Shown here: in pieces, positions 1 to 13,397 of the stretch
How the letters are laid out: each line of letters starts with the position of its first letter
Numbering within the stretch: position 1 is the stretch's first letter
NCBI RefSeq assembly: GCF_036321535.1
Contig: NC_087436.1
Coordinates: forward strand, 96,164,001-96,228,000
Direction of reading: 5' to 3'
Source of the DNA: Camelus dromedarius
Lineage: Eukaryota
DNA: 64,000 nucleotides
The notes under the pieces: model-generated
What the model was told of the DNA's origin: nothing
What the model saw: only the letters and a program-made list of their open reading frames with translations
Database searches by the model: none
Made by a program: the position numbers and the translations under genes

Positions 1-1320
1 CTTCAGTATGTCATTTGCATCCAAAAAGCACAAAACGTTCTTTAAGAAGTTAATAATCAGAGAACAACAACAAAAAGTTTTTGGAAATTAAAACAAGACA
101 GCAAAAATGAATATTTCAATACAGAGTCTAGAAGAAAAACATGAGGAAGTCTCACATAAAGTAGCAAAAGAGATAAAGACATAGAAAGGATAAAAAACAA
201 ACAAACAAACAAAAAACTCAGAACTAGAGGACAAGTCCAGGAGATCCAATATCTAGTAGGAGTTCCAAAAAGAAAACAAATAGGAGGAGGCGAGGCATTC
301 ATCAACCAAATAATCTGAGAAAATTTCACAGAACTGGAGGAATGAGCTTCTAGGTAAAAGCACTCACCAAAGGACTAACACAATAAATAAAAATAGACCC
401 AACGCCAAGACATCACTGTGATATTTCAGAGCTAGGTAAAAGCCAAGATCCCACAGGCTTTTAGAAAGAAAAAACCAGATCACATCCAAAGAGCCAGGGG
501 TCAGAATGGTGTGACTTCTTAAACACAACACACACTATTCTAAACTTGGCCAAAAGACCAATTAAGTGAGAGGGTAGGATAAAGACATTTTCAGATATGA
601 AAGTTCTCAAAAATTTGACTCTTCACACACCTTCCCTTCCTGGGAAGGAGGCTGTTAGAAGATGTAACAAACAAATGAGGTAGTAAACCAAGAGGGGAAG
701 GCAAGGGAAACAGGAAGTGGGGCATTAAACACAGGAGGGAGGCAAAAGTAACCCCCAGGACAATGGTGATGGGACGTCCCAGGATGCCAGCAATGTGCGC
801 AGCCAGGAGGACATCTCCTTCGGGCTGGAGAAGGGAAAAAGGCTCTGGGTGGTGTTCTTTTTAGAGATGAAATTGATAGACTCACTGACGTGTCCCCAAG
901 AGAAACGTATATATGATAAAGAATTTGGGGTCAAATCGGTGGTAAGGATACAGAATCCTGAACAAATGAAAAAAAAAAAAAAAAAAGAGCCATTTGTTAC
1001 CTCCAGAGAAAAACCTGTACAGGAAAGGAAATATTCTCTACCTGGCTTAGCTGTGAGCAGCACTGACATAGAATAAACACAGTTATTCATCCGACTAAAG
1101 CTGGAGTGGGGAGGGGTTCTGTGGGGAGTGGGAACATTCCTTGTGTGTGGTGGGGCAGGCAGTGGGAGCTATATCATCTTCTTCCATGTGGAAGATGATG
1201 CCTAAAACTGAAAAAAAAAAAAATCAAGAAATGGCAATAGAAACATTCATTCAGAGAAATTGAGGCAAATCACCAAAATAATCGCTAAAGAAATTATTTC
1301 CTTTGAGGAAAGAAAAATGT
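1..1320 (+). mobile_element. HAL1 (half-L1) / L1 ORF1-like ancient LINE fragment, truncated by window edge
   Basis: A-rich degenerate ORF1-like sequence (agaggacaagtccaggagatccaatatctagtaggagttcc...gaaaatttcacagaactg) matching recalled HAL1 consensus; collinear with the copy at 15-16.5 kb. Confidence 0.8.
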
Positions 1321-1664
1321 GCTCACAAGTGAGCAGTCAGGGCTTCATCTGAAGATTCGGAAACCAATTTTGTCATAAGAGCAAAGTCATGAGAAAGGGT
1401 AAACCAGATGATAGCAAACAGTAACAATGACCCTTCTGAAAAAAGCCAACTCCCGTCCATTTATTTAACCTACATTAACTATTAACACCTAGGACTGGGG
1501 GCACTGGCAGATGACCTAGCAGGATGAATGGGACAGAACGTTACAGCCTGGTGAGGTGGGCAAAACATAAACAAATAATTATGATCCAGGGATTTAACAG
1601 AGCTTACAGGCAAAGCATTATGCAAATGTGGGGACCAGCAATCAACCTGTCAGAAGCTCTTAGA

Positions 1665-1878
1665 GCCATGCAGTTCAATATGGTAACTACTAGCCATATG
1701 TGGCTATCTAAATTTAAATTACTAAAAATTAAATACATTAAAAGTTCAGTTCTTTGGTTACACCAGCCTGCCACATTTCAAGTGCTCGAAAGCCACATGT
1801 GTCTAGTGGCTACCATATTGGACTGTGTAGACACAGAACCTTTTTTTCAACACAGAAAGTTCTGTTGGATGATGCTGG
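1665..1878 (-). mobile_element. MER3 (hAT-Charlie) non-autonomous DNA transposon
   Basis: Diagnostic tagccatatgtggcta ... ccacatttcaagtgctc ... agccacatgtgtctagtggctaccatattggac. Confidence 0.85.
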
Positions 1879-2169
1879 TCTGGAGGTTCTTAAATGATTT
1901 TTTTTTTTTTTTTTTTGCATTTTCAAGTACATTAAACCCCTGAAGGGATCCCACTTCATGGGTCTATTAGTAAGTAGAGCCTTGTTAAGTTTAATATTTA
2001 ACCAGCTAAGTTATCTGTATATGGAGTGGAAGTTTTACTTCAAGTTTAGTCTTTAATTGGAGCTACCACTGGAGCTGGAAAGAGCTTTTCTTACATGTGC
2101 TTACTGTCTGACCACCTACAGGTGCTGAGGGCAAATGTTGGGTGGCCATTAGTCTTCGGGAAAGCACTT

Positions 2170-2320
2170 TCATGTAGTGGAAAGAGGAGAGCGTTTTGGA
2201 GAACTCAGAAACTCCTGAGTCTGAATTTTAGCTCCACTACTTATTTGCTGTGTGGCCTCAAGAAAATCTCTCAACCTTTCTGGGCTTTGTTTTTTCAGAT
2301 GTGACGTGTATAGATAATGC
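2170..2320 (+). mobile_element. MIR SINE fragment
   Basis: ctccactacttatttgctgtgtggcctc...aacctttctgggctttgttttttcagatgt resembles the MIR core. Confidence 0.7.
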
Positions 2321-2477
2321 ATGAATCAGGACAAGCAGGTGGCAGAAGCACAAAAATGCCACTCTCCTCATTGTTCTTAATTTCCAACATCCACTCAGCC
2401 GGCAGGGGAAGAGGGGCCCTCAATGGAGAAGAGGCTCTCCTCACCTCCCCTTTCTTCTTATCACTACCTGGTTTTCT

Positions 2478-2658
2478 TTTTTTATGTTTAGCTTAATTTT
2501 ACTTTTTTTACTGAAGTGTAGTTGATTTACAATGTTAGTTTCAGGGGTACAGCAAAGCAATTCAGTTATATATACACGCAAACATATTTTCAGATTCTTT
2601 TCCATTCTGGGTTATTACAAGAAATTGAGTACAGTTCCCTGTGCTATGCAGTAGGTCC
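2478..2658 (-). mobile_element. 5'-truncated L1 3' end (cetartiodactyl type)
   Basis: T-rich tail then gaagtgtagttgatttacaatgttagtttcagg...agttccctgtgctatgcagtagg; possible imperfect TSD cctg(g)ttttct. Confidence 0.8.
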
Positions 2659-5600
2659 CCTGTTTTCTGGCTTTTGTGAAAGGATCTATCATTGATTAGG
2701 AAATTAAGTAGCTATAACAGGAAGAGGAATTGGTGTTCAGAGAAGGGCAAAGAGAAGAAGGGAAAAGGGCATTGACATTTACCAAAAGCCCAGTACAGCA
2801 CATGTGCAGGTACTGTGTGTCGTTCTATAAATCCTCCCAAGGCCGAGGCGGAGGTGAAGGGCTGGAGAAGAGGTTTGTGAGCGGTGGGAAAGGAAGCCTG
2901 GGGACGCCTAACACACAGGAGTGGAGGTGGAGGGGGACTGCGAATGCCATGCTCAGGCTCCACTTGATGAGATTTCCGCTTCATAATAGTAACTGGTGGC
3001 AACAAGTGGGACTCCCAGTGGGCTGCGAGTCACTGGAGGTGGCCGAGGTGAACTGAGCCGGCCGGTGACTTGCCCACAGACAGGTTTTAACTCGGAATTT
3101 ACGCCATACAGGGGACAGTCCATCTCTGCTGCCTTTAACTTCCATGAGAAGAAAAACAGAGTTTCTTTTCCAAGTGGAGTTAAATTCTAAATATGATTAG
3201 CCTGAGTTGGCACCAACACTTGTTGCAAGAATTAACTTTTCCTTGTAATTTGTAAATGCATTCAGGCCTGTTTTCGGGGTTTTCTTTTGTGGATTTCCCC
3301 CACCCCCCACCCCCCAAGCAGGGCCAGTATCTGAATAGAAAGAAAAGATCTCCAGCTGGGCTCCTTTCTCCCAACAAGCTTTGCAAGCTTTGCAACATCT
3401 TCCTTGGATGCGATTCAGCTGGGGGCCTTCCCCGTGTTCCAAGAGGAATTCCTGCGTCCTCACACAGGGGCCCTTTGTCATCGGAGGTTATGAGAAGTGA
3501 ACCACTGCTTCACACAAGGAAATATCTTGACCTTGTGTGAAGTAATGATCAAAGAGGAATGCTGCTGAAACCAAGGAAAACAAAACCATGATTTATATCT
3601 AGGATCTCCACAGAAAAAAAGATCCCAGTTACTTCAGTAAAGCACAGTCATCTGTGGTACAAAGTGTGAAATTCACTCCTCTGTTGATGGATTTCAAAGT
3701 TTAGTCCTTGGTTGGTACAAAGTCTCGGTACTTTTTTAAAGTATTAAAAAGTTTTTTTTTTCCTTTTGCATCTGCTCTGCTCACAAATATCTCCAATCTT
3801 TTCCAAATGCTTAAAGAACTTCATTTCATTAAAAATGTTTGTATGGGTACATATTTATATATAATACACATATATAAAAATAGATATAATTATACACACA
3901 CATGCACATATACATATAAGCACATAAATTTGGGGAAAAGGGTGGAAAAAAATCAGCTGGAAACATAGCAACCTAACCTTGTGTTAGGTGTTCAGTTTTT
4001 CCCCAGGATTTGTTTTAGCTTATGTCCACCTGCACACCAATTTCACACAACATATAGATAGCTTCATGTCCTGCTTTTTTCCCCCTTGACATTATGTTTC
4101 TAGCCTTTTCCATGACAATCCATAATGCCTGTAATGATTGTTTTAAAATGGCTACAAATTATTCCAATTAATTATGCCAGTTAATTAACCATTTCTCTCT
4201 GTTGCTTAACACTTTTGGCACTTTCCAATTTTAGTAAAGTCATCCTCCTTGCAGTTTCCAAGTTCAAAGTCTATGGTTCGAACTATAAATTTTACATACT
4301 TGTGACATGTGACGTGATTTTGATTTTCCTTGCTTTTCCGTTTCTTAATTTTCCTCTGATAATGAAGTAAAGATGATTTATGGGCCCAACAGTTGGAGGC
4401 AGCCAGGAGGCTGTTTCTCCAACACAAGCCAGGAAATGCTGGATCCACAAGGCATCACTGCTCTTCAGATTCAGAGTTCATCCAGGCACAAGAGCAAGAA
4501 AAACCTGCCCAGCAATCACCTACCCAGGCAGAGACCCTGTTTTCCCAAGAGACACCAACAGACGCCAGGGAATCAGATCTGAATTCTTAACTTCTGTTAA
4601 GTTCATCTCTTTTCTCTGTCTTTGCAGCACAAGATCTTCCCAGGCGGAGGCCACAAGGTGCGTCCCTCTTACCAGCAGGGGCCCCAGGAGAAATGGCTGG
4701 CAATCCTCCTGGAAATATGGAGGTGCTCCAGTGTCCACTGGCTATTACCTTTTCTATTTATAAAGTCCTATTCTGCCTCAGTGTTTCCTCACATATGGGC
4801 GTAAGAGATTTGTGTCAGATCTGCATGCTGTCTCTCACACATTCATTTACCAAGGGCAGGTGAGGGGGAACGAAACGGGAGGCAGAGCCCAGTGGCCAAG
4901 TCACCGCAGCTGAGGGGCTATTGGGTGCTCGGGGAGGGTATGGCCACAGGACCCTCGACTGGGCCTAGGCAGGCAGTGTAGCCACATACACCAGATGTTC
5001 AAAACCAAACTCGGGCTCTGGATCAGATGCATGAGTGTGTATACGTGTGAGTGTAAGAGTGCGTGTGTGTGTGTGGTGGCGGTGGTGGGAGTGATGGTGT
5101 CTGACACTTCAGCATCCATTCCGTGTTTGGTACTTTACACTCATTGCTTCATTTTCTTCCAGCAACCCTGTGAAATAAGCATCATTGGTTCCATCTTATG
5201 AATATGGAGTTCGGTTTAGCAAGCATCGCCGACTCACATAAGGTTACACCACTAGTAAACAGTGGAGCCAGGATTCATAGGTCAAGCTCTTTCATTCACA
5301 CCACGGAGTCTTCAAAATGATAGGATTTATGTCCTCAAGCCTATCACTGTGGGCACAGCAGGAAACATGGGGATATGGGTTACAGGCAGTCAGCTAACCT
5401 GGGCTCCCCATTCCTGAGGGGCCTCAATGCAGACTCTGGACAAGTATCTCCAAATATACGCCCAGAGCTACACAGACAGGACTGAAAATAGACAATGTTC
5501 ATTACACAGCTTTGAACTTCAGCCCCATGTTTCCATGTTTCCATAATAAATCTCCTGCAGTTCCCTATGAACTAAGACTTTATCTTGAGAATAGGAAAAT

Positions 5601-6497
5601 TTTATCCCCTTTATGCATGTGGGCAATATTGCAAATCTGTATGTGTAAGCATTTAAAATATTCTTCAATTTTTATAATCCCATTTTGTCACTGACTTTTT
5701 TTTAATACACTGAGAGCCTTGAAAACAAGAGCAAAAACGTTATCCAGGACTCGTTCAACCTCTGAGTGACCTTGATCTGACGTTAGGGTCGTTCTAGAAA
5801 AAACAGGCTGTATATTCACCATCAGTCCAATGTAAAAAGAAATATTAGGAACAGATTTCTGTGCAGCTACTTCAAGGGAGATTTTCAGGGGCGGGGGTCA
5901 ACTCTCACATCGCTCTTGTAGACTGCACTATTTCTGATTCCTTAAGTATCTGCACCTTCAGAACTGTAAGAGCTGTTATTCTCTGGATCACATACTTGGT
6001 ATTGGCACAGGTAAGCCATCGGTCACAGTAGCTGTTATTATGATGCTACTGGTCCTCCAGCTCCTGGGCCTGTCCTTCCTCGTGTGGGCAGGCAAGGCCC
6101 TGCTGCCAAAAGCCCATCACTCTCTGCCCCTGGCTGGCCAGCCACACCACGATGGACTGAGGCTACAGGTATTAAAACAGGGACTAGAACATGTCAGTTA
6201 AGTTGGCCCTAGCTCAGTCTCTCCCATTCTACAGTGAGATCTGTGAACATCCTGGTTAAATTATTCATTTTAGTACAGACAGCGAGGACAAATAAATGGC
6301 TATGAAACTGCTGTGAGAAAAGGTTAAACTTGGAATTGCAGCAGTTTGGGGTGGGAAGGCCCTGAGAAAATATAACTCTAGCTCACGTGTACTACCGACT
6401 GGGAACTGAAACCCTGAGAAGCTAAGGGACCGCCAGTATTACTTTTGCTAAACCATGCTGCTATCCTGGTGGAGGGTCTAGAGTGGGGGTCAGGCTA

Positions 6498-6502
<5 letters not shown>

Positions 6503-6572
<70 letters not shown>
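6503..6572. repeat. (GT)35 microsatellite
   Basis: Perfect dinucleotide run of 70 nt. Confidence 0.98.
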
Positions 6573-6576
<4 letters not shown>

Positions 6577-6705
6577 AAGCCTGACTGGCAGACAGCTCTC
6601 CCTAGTCGTTACGAGTTGTCTACGACTGCTTTCGGGTCAGAGCAGCACTTAGTTGCAACAGACGTCGCATAACCCACAAAGCCTGAAATATTTACTCTCT
6701 GGCCC
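6573..6705 (+). mobile_element. MER58A-like hAT-Charlie element
   Basis: ttgtctacgactgctttc...agttgcaacagac...cccacaaagcctgaaatatttactctctggccc matches recalled MER58A. Confidence 0.75.
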
Positions 6706-7342
6706 GGGCTAGATTAGGGGTGCCGGTTCTGAATCTCACAGTACAGGCTGTATCTCGCACAGAAGAGTCTGAATTTTTTCACAATTGCATCCTCAGTGTG
6801 TAGAAGAGCGCTTGACATATAATAGGCATTTGACTGATTTTAGGTGAGTAAAGGAAAGACTTTTCACCCACTTCTAGGCTGTTCTGTGCTAGAATGTAAA
6901 CATAAGGAAACTGCCCAGTGTTCAGCCCAGGGCCAGGTATGCAGTGGGTGCTCAGTAAATATCTGTTAACCAACTGACCCTGATACTACTAGATCCAGGG
7001 CAGTGGGGTCGGATTAAAGGAAGCAGAATTCAAGGAATGGCTTCAAGGTTCAGGAGACACCTCAACTGTGGCCACACTAGAGTGGAGTCCTGGGACCTTC
7101 CTGGATGTCCACGTGGGTTCTTGTGACCTAAATTCCTGGGTTTCATGATGTTATATCATCAGTGTGTGCACTCATCCTCTAGAAAAAGCATTAGCCATCT
7201 GGTCAGCTCAGACTGCAGTCAATGACTTTGGATTTAAATTGCATGTTTCTTGGAGCAGTGATTTTCAAAAGTTAAAAAAAAAAAAAAAAGATGGCTACTC
7301 TGTATGGACTACCTATTTCATCTTGCTTCCTTAAATGCCACT

Positions 7343-7343
<1 letters not shown>

Positions 7344-7391
<48 letters not shown>
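7344..7391. repeat. (AC)24 microsatellite
   Basis: Perfect dinucleotide run. Confidence 0.97.
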
Positions 7392-7392
<1 letters not shown>

Positions 7393-8615
7393 ACTGATTC
7401 CCTTCCAACCAACAACAAAATCCTGAGAGACCAAAAACTTGGTCAGGATTTCTTCTCAGCATCGTTTCTGGTAAGTTAGGAAGAATGGACATCCCAAGAA
7501 AATAAAGAACCTGACATTCATAATAGCAATACTAGAAAAAAAAAAAAAGCTGCCTAATAACCACCAGGAAAATGTGTACTCTAAGTATTTTCCCCCCATT
7601 CCTTGGCAATCCACTGACTTATCTAAGGGAACCAACAACTCTGCAGACAAAGTCTGTCTCCATTAAGATGCCTGTTCAAACCTGAGTTAAATACATCTCG
7701 CACAGTTATTATTTTTATTTCTCCCACTGAAGCATTCTTAATCCAAAGTAAGCAATTTTCCAGGAAATATTGGAAGGATCCCAAGAGGCTGTTTTCTCTT
7801 TCCTTCATTTTTTTCATTAACAAACACTAGACGTCCCTAAGAGCAAGGTGGGAAGGATGGCGGTTCTCAGAATTTTGCATATTAAAGTTTGCTCAAAGAA
7901 AAAAAAAAAGTTTGGTTAAAGAAAAGCTAAAATCAACAGAACAGCCCCACCTTCCATAGTGTGGAGGGCAATGCGGAAACCCAGTTTGTGGAAACAGTCC
8001 AAAACCAATTAAAGTAGATTTAAGGAACGGAGCATATAAAAATATGCGTGACAATCTACAGATTTCTAGAATATTTCTAGAAAGAAGTACGGGGTAGAGG
8101 TAAAACAAAACCAGAAACTGATAAGCTCTTGACCTACCTTTAATTTTCTTCACTAAGTAAACATGAGACTGGCTTAGATTCCCAAATTTTCAGTCCTTAA
8201 TCTTTTCTTAGGCTGATATGCTAACACATAAAATGCATTGACTCACTGTCTTTGGAGGAGGCCCAGAATCCTACTGCTTTCCAGAGATAGCTGGAAAAAG
8301 ATCTTACAATCTTCATTAGCAAAAAAAGGTACATGTAAGCATGGTAACAAAGTCCATGAGGATACACCTATCTGTTTTGGGGTAGTTTAAAGATTTCTTG
8401 ACAGTATTCTCTCTTGCTGGTGGACTAATGCAGAAAATTTAACACCAGAAGAAGCTGGCATTCTTTTTTGGCTTCTCTTTTTAAACAACAGGATAAAAAG
8501 CTGTGTTCCTATTTCAGCTATGTTCAAAGTGGTGCCAATGCTTTGGGGAAAGACATGGATTTTGCTTGGCAGTTCCGGCAGGTGCAAAATTTGTAGACCA
8601 ATTATACCCCACAGG

Positions 8616-9539
8616 AAGTGGTGTGCTGGCAACGCTTAATAACTGGTTCTACAGAGAAAAAAAAAGTTTATATTATAAATAAAGCATGTGTAGCACATAG
8701 TTTATAAGTTATAATAAGAAATCCAGTATCTCCTTTTTATAACGAGTTCCACAGGGATAATTGATTTTCACAGAATGCTTTAACTGAGTTTTGCTAGATT
8801 CTTTTATCTGTAGTCAACCTATGGTTGCAGCTGCCAAGTAGGTATAGACTCGATGTGACTGTTAGTTGGTATTTTCACTCTAAGTTAGTAAGTTAGACGA
8901 AAGTGAAACAAGGAACACAGATCTGGAAATTTCACTTGGTTGCTAACAACTTGAGCAAGTTCTTTGCATAATCAGACAACAGTTTTTTAATAGTGGAAGA
9001 AAACTTTCTCCAGGGACTTTTTGTGTGTTATCTTCCTGTAACAGCTACAGACGCAGCAAACTTCTCAGTTTAATTTGCATCAATATTTTCTTCATCACAT
9101 TCTGAAGTGTCCTCAAGCAACAAGCATTAAATTGAGCCCGGGGTTTATAGCATTTGCCGCTTTCCATGGTGTAAATGCTCTTGTCATGGCGGATTTCAAG
9201 TTAGCAAAGTCAGGTCCCTGAACACAAAGCTGGAAAGAGATGTACGGTTTCACACCATTAGACACGTTCCTCCCACACAGATACGATGGATGTAAATGCC
9301 CTCAAGAACACAGGAAACAGCGAAATAATTAGGAAGTGGTGAGTTTTGAGTACTTATTAACTTTGTCTTTACTTTGATTATACTTTAATAGAATTTCACT
9401 TTTCGTATCACCGCAGTACATTTCTGAAATTCCAGAATTCCGCAGCCAGTCCTGGCCGCTGCAGCGCAAGGTTTCAGGGTTCTGAGCCTGAAGGGCAAAT
9501 GCATTTCTCTGACGATTTTCTTTTAGCCACACACCACTA
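8616..9539 (-). mobile_element. MER63-family (hAT-Blackjack) DNA transposon, possibly near full length
   Basis: Terminus AGTGGTGTGCTGG at 8617 and inverted CCACACACCACT ending 9538; internal tttccatggtgtaaatgctc...aattaggaagtggtgagttttgagtacttatt typical of MER63. Confidence 0.7.
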
Positions 9540-11256
9540 ACCTCCAATTAACAGGGGCCCGAAGGCCCAGCTTCCCCTGCTGGGAGTTAATCAGTCTCAG
9601 GGGGGGGAGGTCTGGCGTTAAGCTCCCGGTAGGGGAGGGAGCCAAGAACTTCCACACAGTCCCGGGACTTTGAGGCAGCGCTCGGTTTCCTCATCTGAAG
9701 AATGGGGATAATGCCGTGCCCAGGACGGTTGTAGGATTAGAGATATGGCACACAGGGGTCCTAAGGTAATGCCTCAAATACAACTAGGTGTTTATCCTCA
9801 AGATGCTGGCAGAAGCGCTGTAAAATAGTCCTTTACTGGACACCCACGGATCAGTCATGGGAGCTGCTTCCTCTCTAACAGCGAAGCACTTTTCAAATGT
9901 ACCTGAAAGATGAGTGAGTTTAAGAACAAGCCCGGTCACAATCAGGTTTCTTGAGTACATGCCAGATTGTTACCTGGCTCCCCCAAATCAGTATTTCATC
10001 TCCTCTCAGGAAATGCAAAAAAGAAGAAGAAGAAGAAGAAAAAAAAAAACAGGGAAAAAAAAGTGAAGGGAAACTTATAATTGGGGAGATTTATCACAGA
10101 CCCAAAGAGTAACTTCCAATCATAAGTATTTTATGTCAAAATCATGGGCTAGCAGTTGTCTTCTGTGAAATCTGCACAGAGAACAGTCATTTAGGGGCAC
10201 ATCCTATTTAGATGAATGATAGAGTCTTTTAAAGAATGTTTGATAATTTTAAAAAAATGCTGCCCTGAAACATCTGTTATTACTCTTGAGATTCCAAGCC
10301 TCTTTAGATCATTTCTTTACTGTTTTTTTTAAAAGCAGATATTTTTAAAAATGCAAAAAAGACTTACATTATTTTTTTAATATGCAGAATGGTAGTAAAA
10401 AATACCTATGTTACAAGCTTGTGTTAAATGAACTAGAGGATTTGGTCCATGGAGAGTGTCCAGCACACAGCCTGGGGCACACACGTATACAGCATACTGC
10501 ATTCCTCCCTCCTTTCAAATCAACTCCAGGTTCACTGCGGAGGGGCAGAGGTGAAGAGGCTGACTCACTCCTGTCTTCTAAATGGGAAGGTAGACAGGAT
10601 GAACGGGTCCCCCATTTCACCCTCCAGAATACAGTGTTTTCTTCCAAGAATAAAAAGAACTCACTTATAGTTATTAGTCAGATCAAATCTCAAGGCAGTC
10701 AGAGAGTCTAAGACCTCACTTGTCCTTTTATTTTATAAACATGTATAAATGCGTTTCTTTATTCTGAATTTCGGGGGCACCAAGGATTAACTGTCAAGCC
10801 ATGGGCAATTTCAGAAAAAAAAACAAGCATTTCAAGCACAGAAGGGATACTAGAGAGACTGACTGGGAGTCAGCCTAACCTTAAGCTATAAGATAATTAT
10901 AGCATCAGTAATACAGGATCATATGTTTAAGGAAAAGATACAAAGGATACTTAGGACTGAGCCACTGGGACTCCTGGTGTGATTTAGGCCATTGGGCTCC
11001 CAGATGGGGTGCTTGTGCCTCTGCAAATTACTGAGATAAAACGTTGAGGATTGGGAGAAAACCATTACAGCTCCTACATCCTTAAACACAGCCCTCATCC
11101 TTAGAAAACAACTATTCAGTGTGTAACATTTTTTATAAAATATGAGTAGAGCTGTGTGTGTATATTACACAAACATACTCATAAATATATAATTCATGGC
11201 AATTTTTTTACTGATAGGCTGCATAATCCAAACATTTTTCGGAAAACACGATTTAG

Positions 11257-11378
11257 ATCAGGACTTCTCCAACTTGAATGTGCTCAAGAATCTCCTGGGC
11301 ATCTTGTTACTATGCAGATTCTGAATCTACAGGTTTAGAGCTGGTCCCAAATTCTGTCTTTTCAACAAGCCCTCCAGC
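11257..11378. mobile_element. MER5-type hAT-Charlie fragment
   Basis: gaatctcctgggcatcttgttactatgcagattctgaatc...ttcaacaagccctccag. Confidence 0.75.
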
Positions 11379-11990
11379 TCCCCCTCTGGCCTCCCCAGTA
11401 CCATGTGCGCCCTTAATCAGAGATCTTGTCACAAGGACCGAGTCCATACTCAGAGACTTTCTTTGGAGAAACGAGTAAAGGACGAATAAAAAGAAAAGGA
11501 TTGGGTTCCAACTACTTGATTATGTATACTGCTACCAATAATTTTAAGAAGACATTTTGTATAAAACAATTACAGGTGACAAGGTTTGTCATAACAACGA
11601 CAATATTTTGGTCTTAGTCACTGAGGTATGTGAGATTTTGATTCAGTTGTAAAATGAACTCAGCTGAGATCGTCAAGTCTCATTCTGATGAATAGTTATT
11701 AGAAAGCAAAAGGAACAAACTTTATTGTGCTCATATATTTAAATTTTAATCTTTTACAATCTTTCAACTAGCCCTATATTTGGTATTAAAGCATTTTACC
11801 TATGTTTAAGAGAATTTTTTTTTTTGACTACTGTTTCCATTTCACAATTGCACATAATATTTTTCAAACTGGGACTGGTGACCCATTAGTGGACTGTTAG
11901 CATAATTTAGTGGATAATCATCAGTACTAAAAAAGCAGAATATATCAGAACGTACTGCTTGCACTAGTGTACAATACAAGGTGAGTACAG

Positions 11991-12503
11991 TGTGGCAAAC
12001 TGTATTTTCTACAGATGGTCAAAATAATACCTCCCATTCTACATATTCTTGCAACATGACCTTGACACTTGGTCCACTGAGTAGTAGAGTCTTTGCCTCC
12101 TCCCCATAAACACGGGTGGAACTTTGTGACTGCCTCAGCCAACTGAATATGGCAAAAGTGACACTATGTCTTCTGAGGTTGCATCATAAAAATGCCATAC
12201 CCTTCTACCTTCTCCTAGGATGCGTGCCCTGGAAACCAAGCAGTCCCTGCAGAGGACCCTGGCCCACAGCACTGGCTGAGCTTCCAACTGAGAGCTGGCA
12301 ACAAACTGCCCACACCGTGAACCATCTCGAGAAAGGGTTCCCCGTTCCCTGGTGATCTGCCTCAGGTAACACTACGTGGAGCAGAGACCAGATGTTCCCA
12401 ATTGAGTCCTGCCTGACTTGCAGATTTATGAGCACTTTGTGGTTTTGTTTAAAAAGCCGCCAAGTTTTGTGGTGTTTTGTTATGCAGCAATACAAACCAA
12501 GAT
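11991..12503 (+). mobile_element. MLT1 (G/H-like) ERVL-MaLR solo LTR, inserted in an older hAT-like element (~11860-12600)
   Basis: Starts TGTGGCAAACTG; ttgtgactgcctcagccaactgaatatggcaaaagtgac; ends gttttgtggtgttttgttatgcagcaata. Confidence 0.8.
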
Positions 12504-12995
12504 GTATCATTTCATAAATTTTGTTTCATGTATGCCTGTATGTGTGTGCTTACAGTGTTGATGTAAAATGCTTTTTTTTAAATGGTGGATCTCAAAGTAA
12601 TGGGACAAGGAAGATCACAGAATGAAAAGATTTCATAAGTGCCAGTATTTCTAGATCTAGTGAATGCTACTTTAACCACTAGATATAATCCTAAAATAAA
12701 TTCAGATCTCTTGAGTCAGAAACATTCCACTTAATAGGATATGCTGACTATTAGCTGCTAAATATACCTTTTTTGATTACCAAGTTCTCAGCTCTGAAGG
12801 TTGCTCAGTGGACTGTCTCTTCTCCCCATCTTTTAAAGCCCTTAAGTACAGGCCATCACATTTTCCTCAAGCATTTACTCCTCAGTCAGCTCCAAATGGC
12901 TTCTGGCCCTACCCCTAGACCAAAAGACTTTTCCACAAAGATCACCTGTGACCTCAGTCACCCAATCGAAGGACTTGTGCTCAGTCCTCAAACTC

Positions 12996-13397
12996 AGTTA
13001 TGAACTCAATGTTTGTGTCCCTTCAAAATTCCCATGTTGAAGCTTTGGAGATGGAGCTTCTAAAGAAGTAACTGAGGTTAAAGGAGGTGAAGGGTAGGGC
13101 CCTGATCTGATAGGATTAGTGGTCTTATAAGAAGTGACAGCAGAGAGAGCTCTCTCTTCCCCTCTCTGTCTTCAGCTCCCTGTCCATGTACATGCACAGA
13201 GGAAAGGCCACAGGAGAACAGAGCAACAAAATAGCCATCTGTGAGCCAGGAGCAGGGCTCTCACCACAAATTGAACCCTGCCTGGGACCTTTGATCTTGG
13301 ACTTCCCAGTCTCTGGAACTGTGAGAAAACACATTTCCATTTTTCTAAGCCACCCAGTCTCTGATATTTTGTTACACAGCCCGCTCTGACCAATACT
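12996..13397 (+). mobile_element. MLT1A/B-like ERVL-MaLR solo LTR
   Basis: tgtttgtgtcccttcaaaattcccatgttgaa...ttgatcttggacttcccagtctctggaactgtgagaaaa...aagccacccagtct; near-TSD aactc/acctc. Confidence 0.85.
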
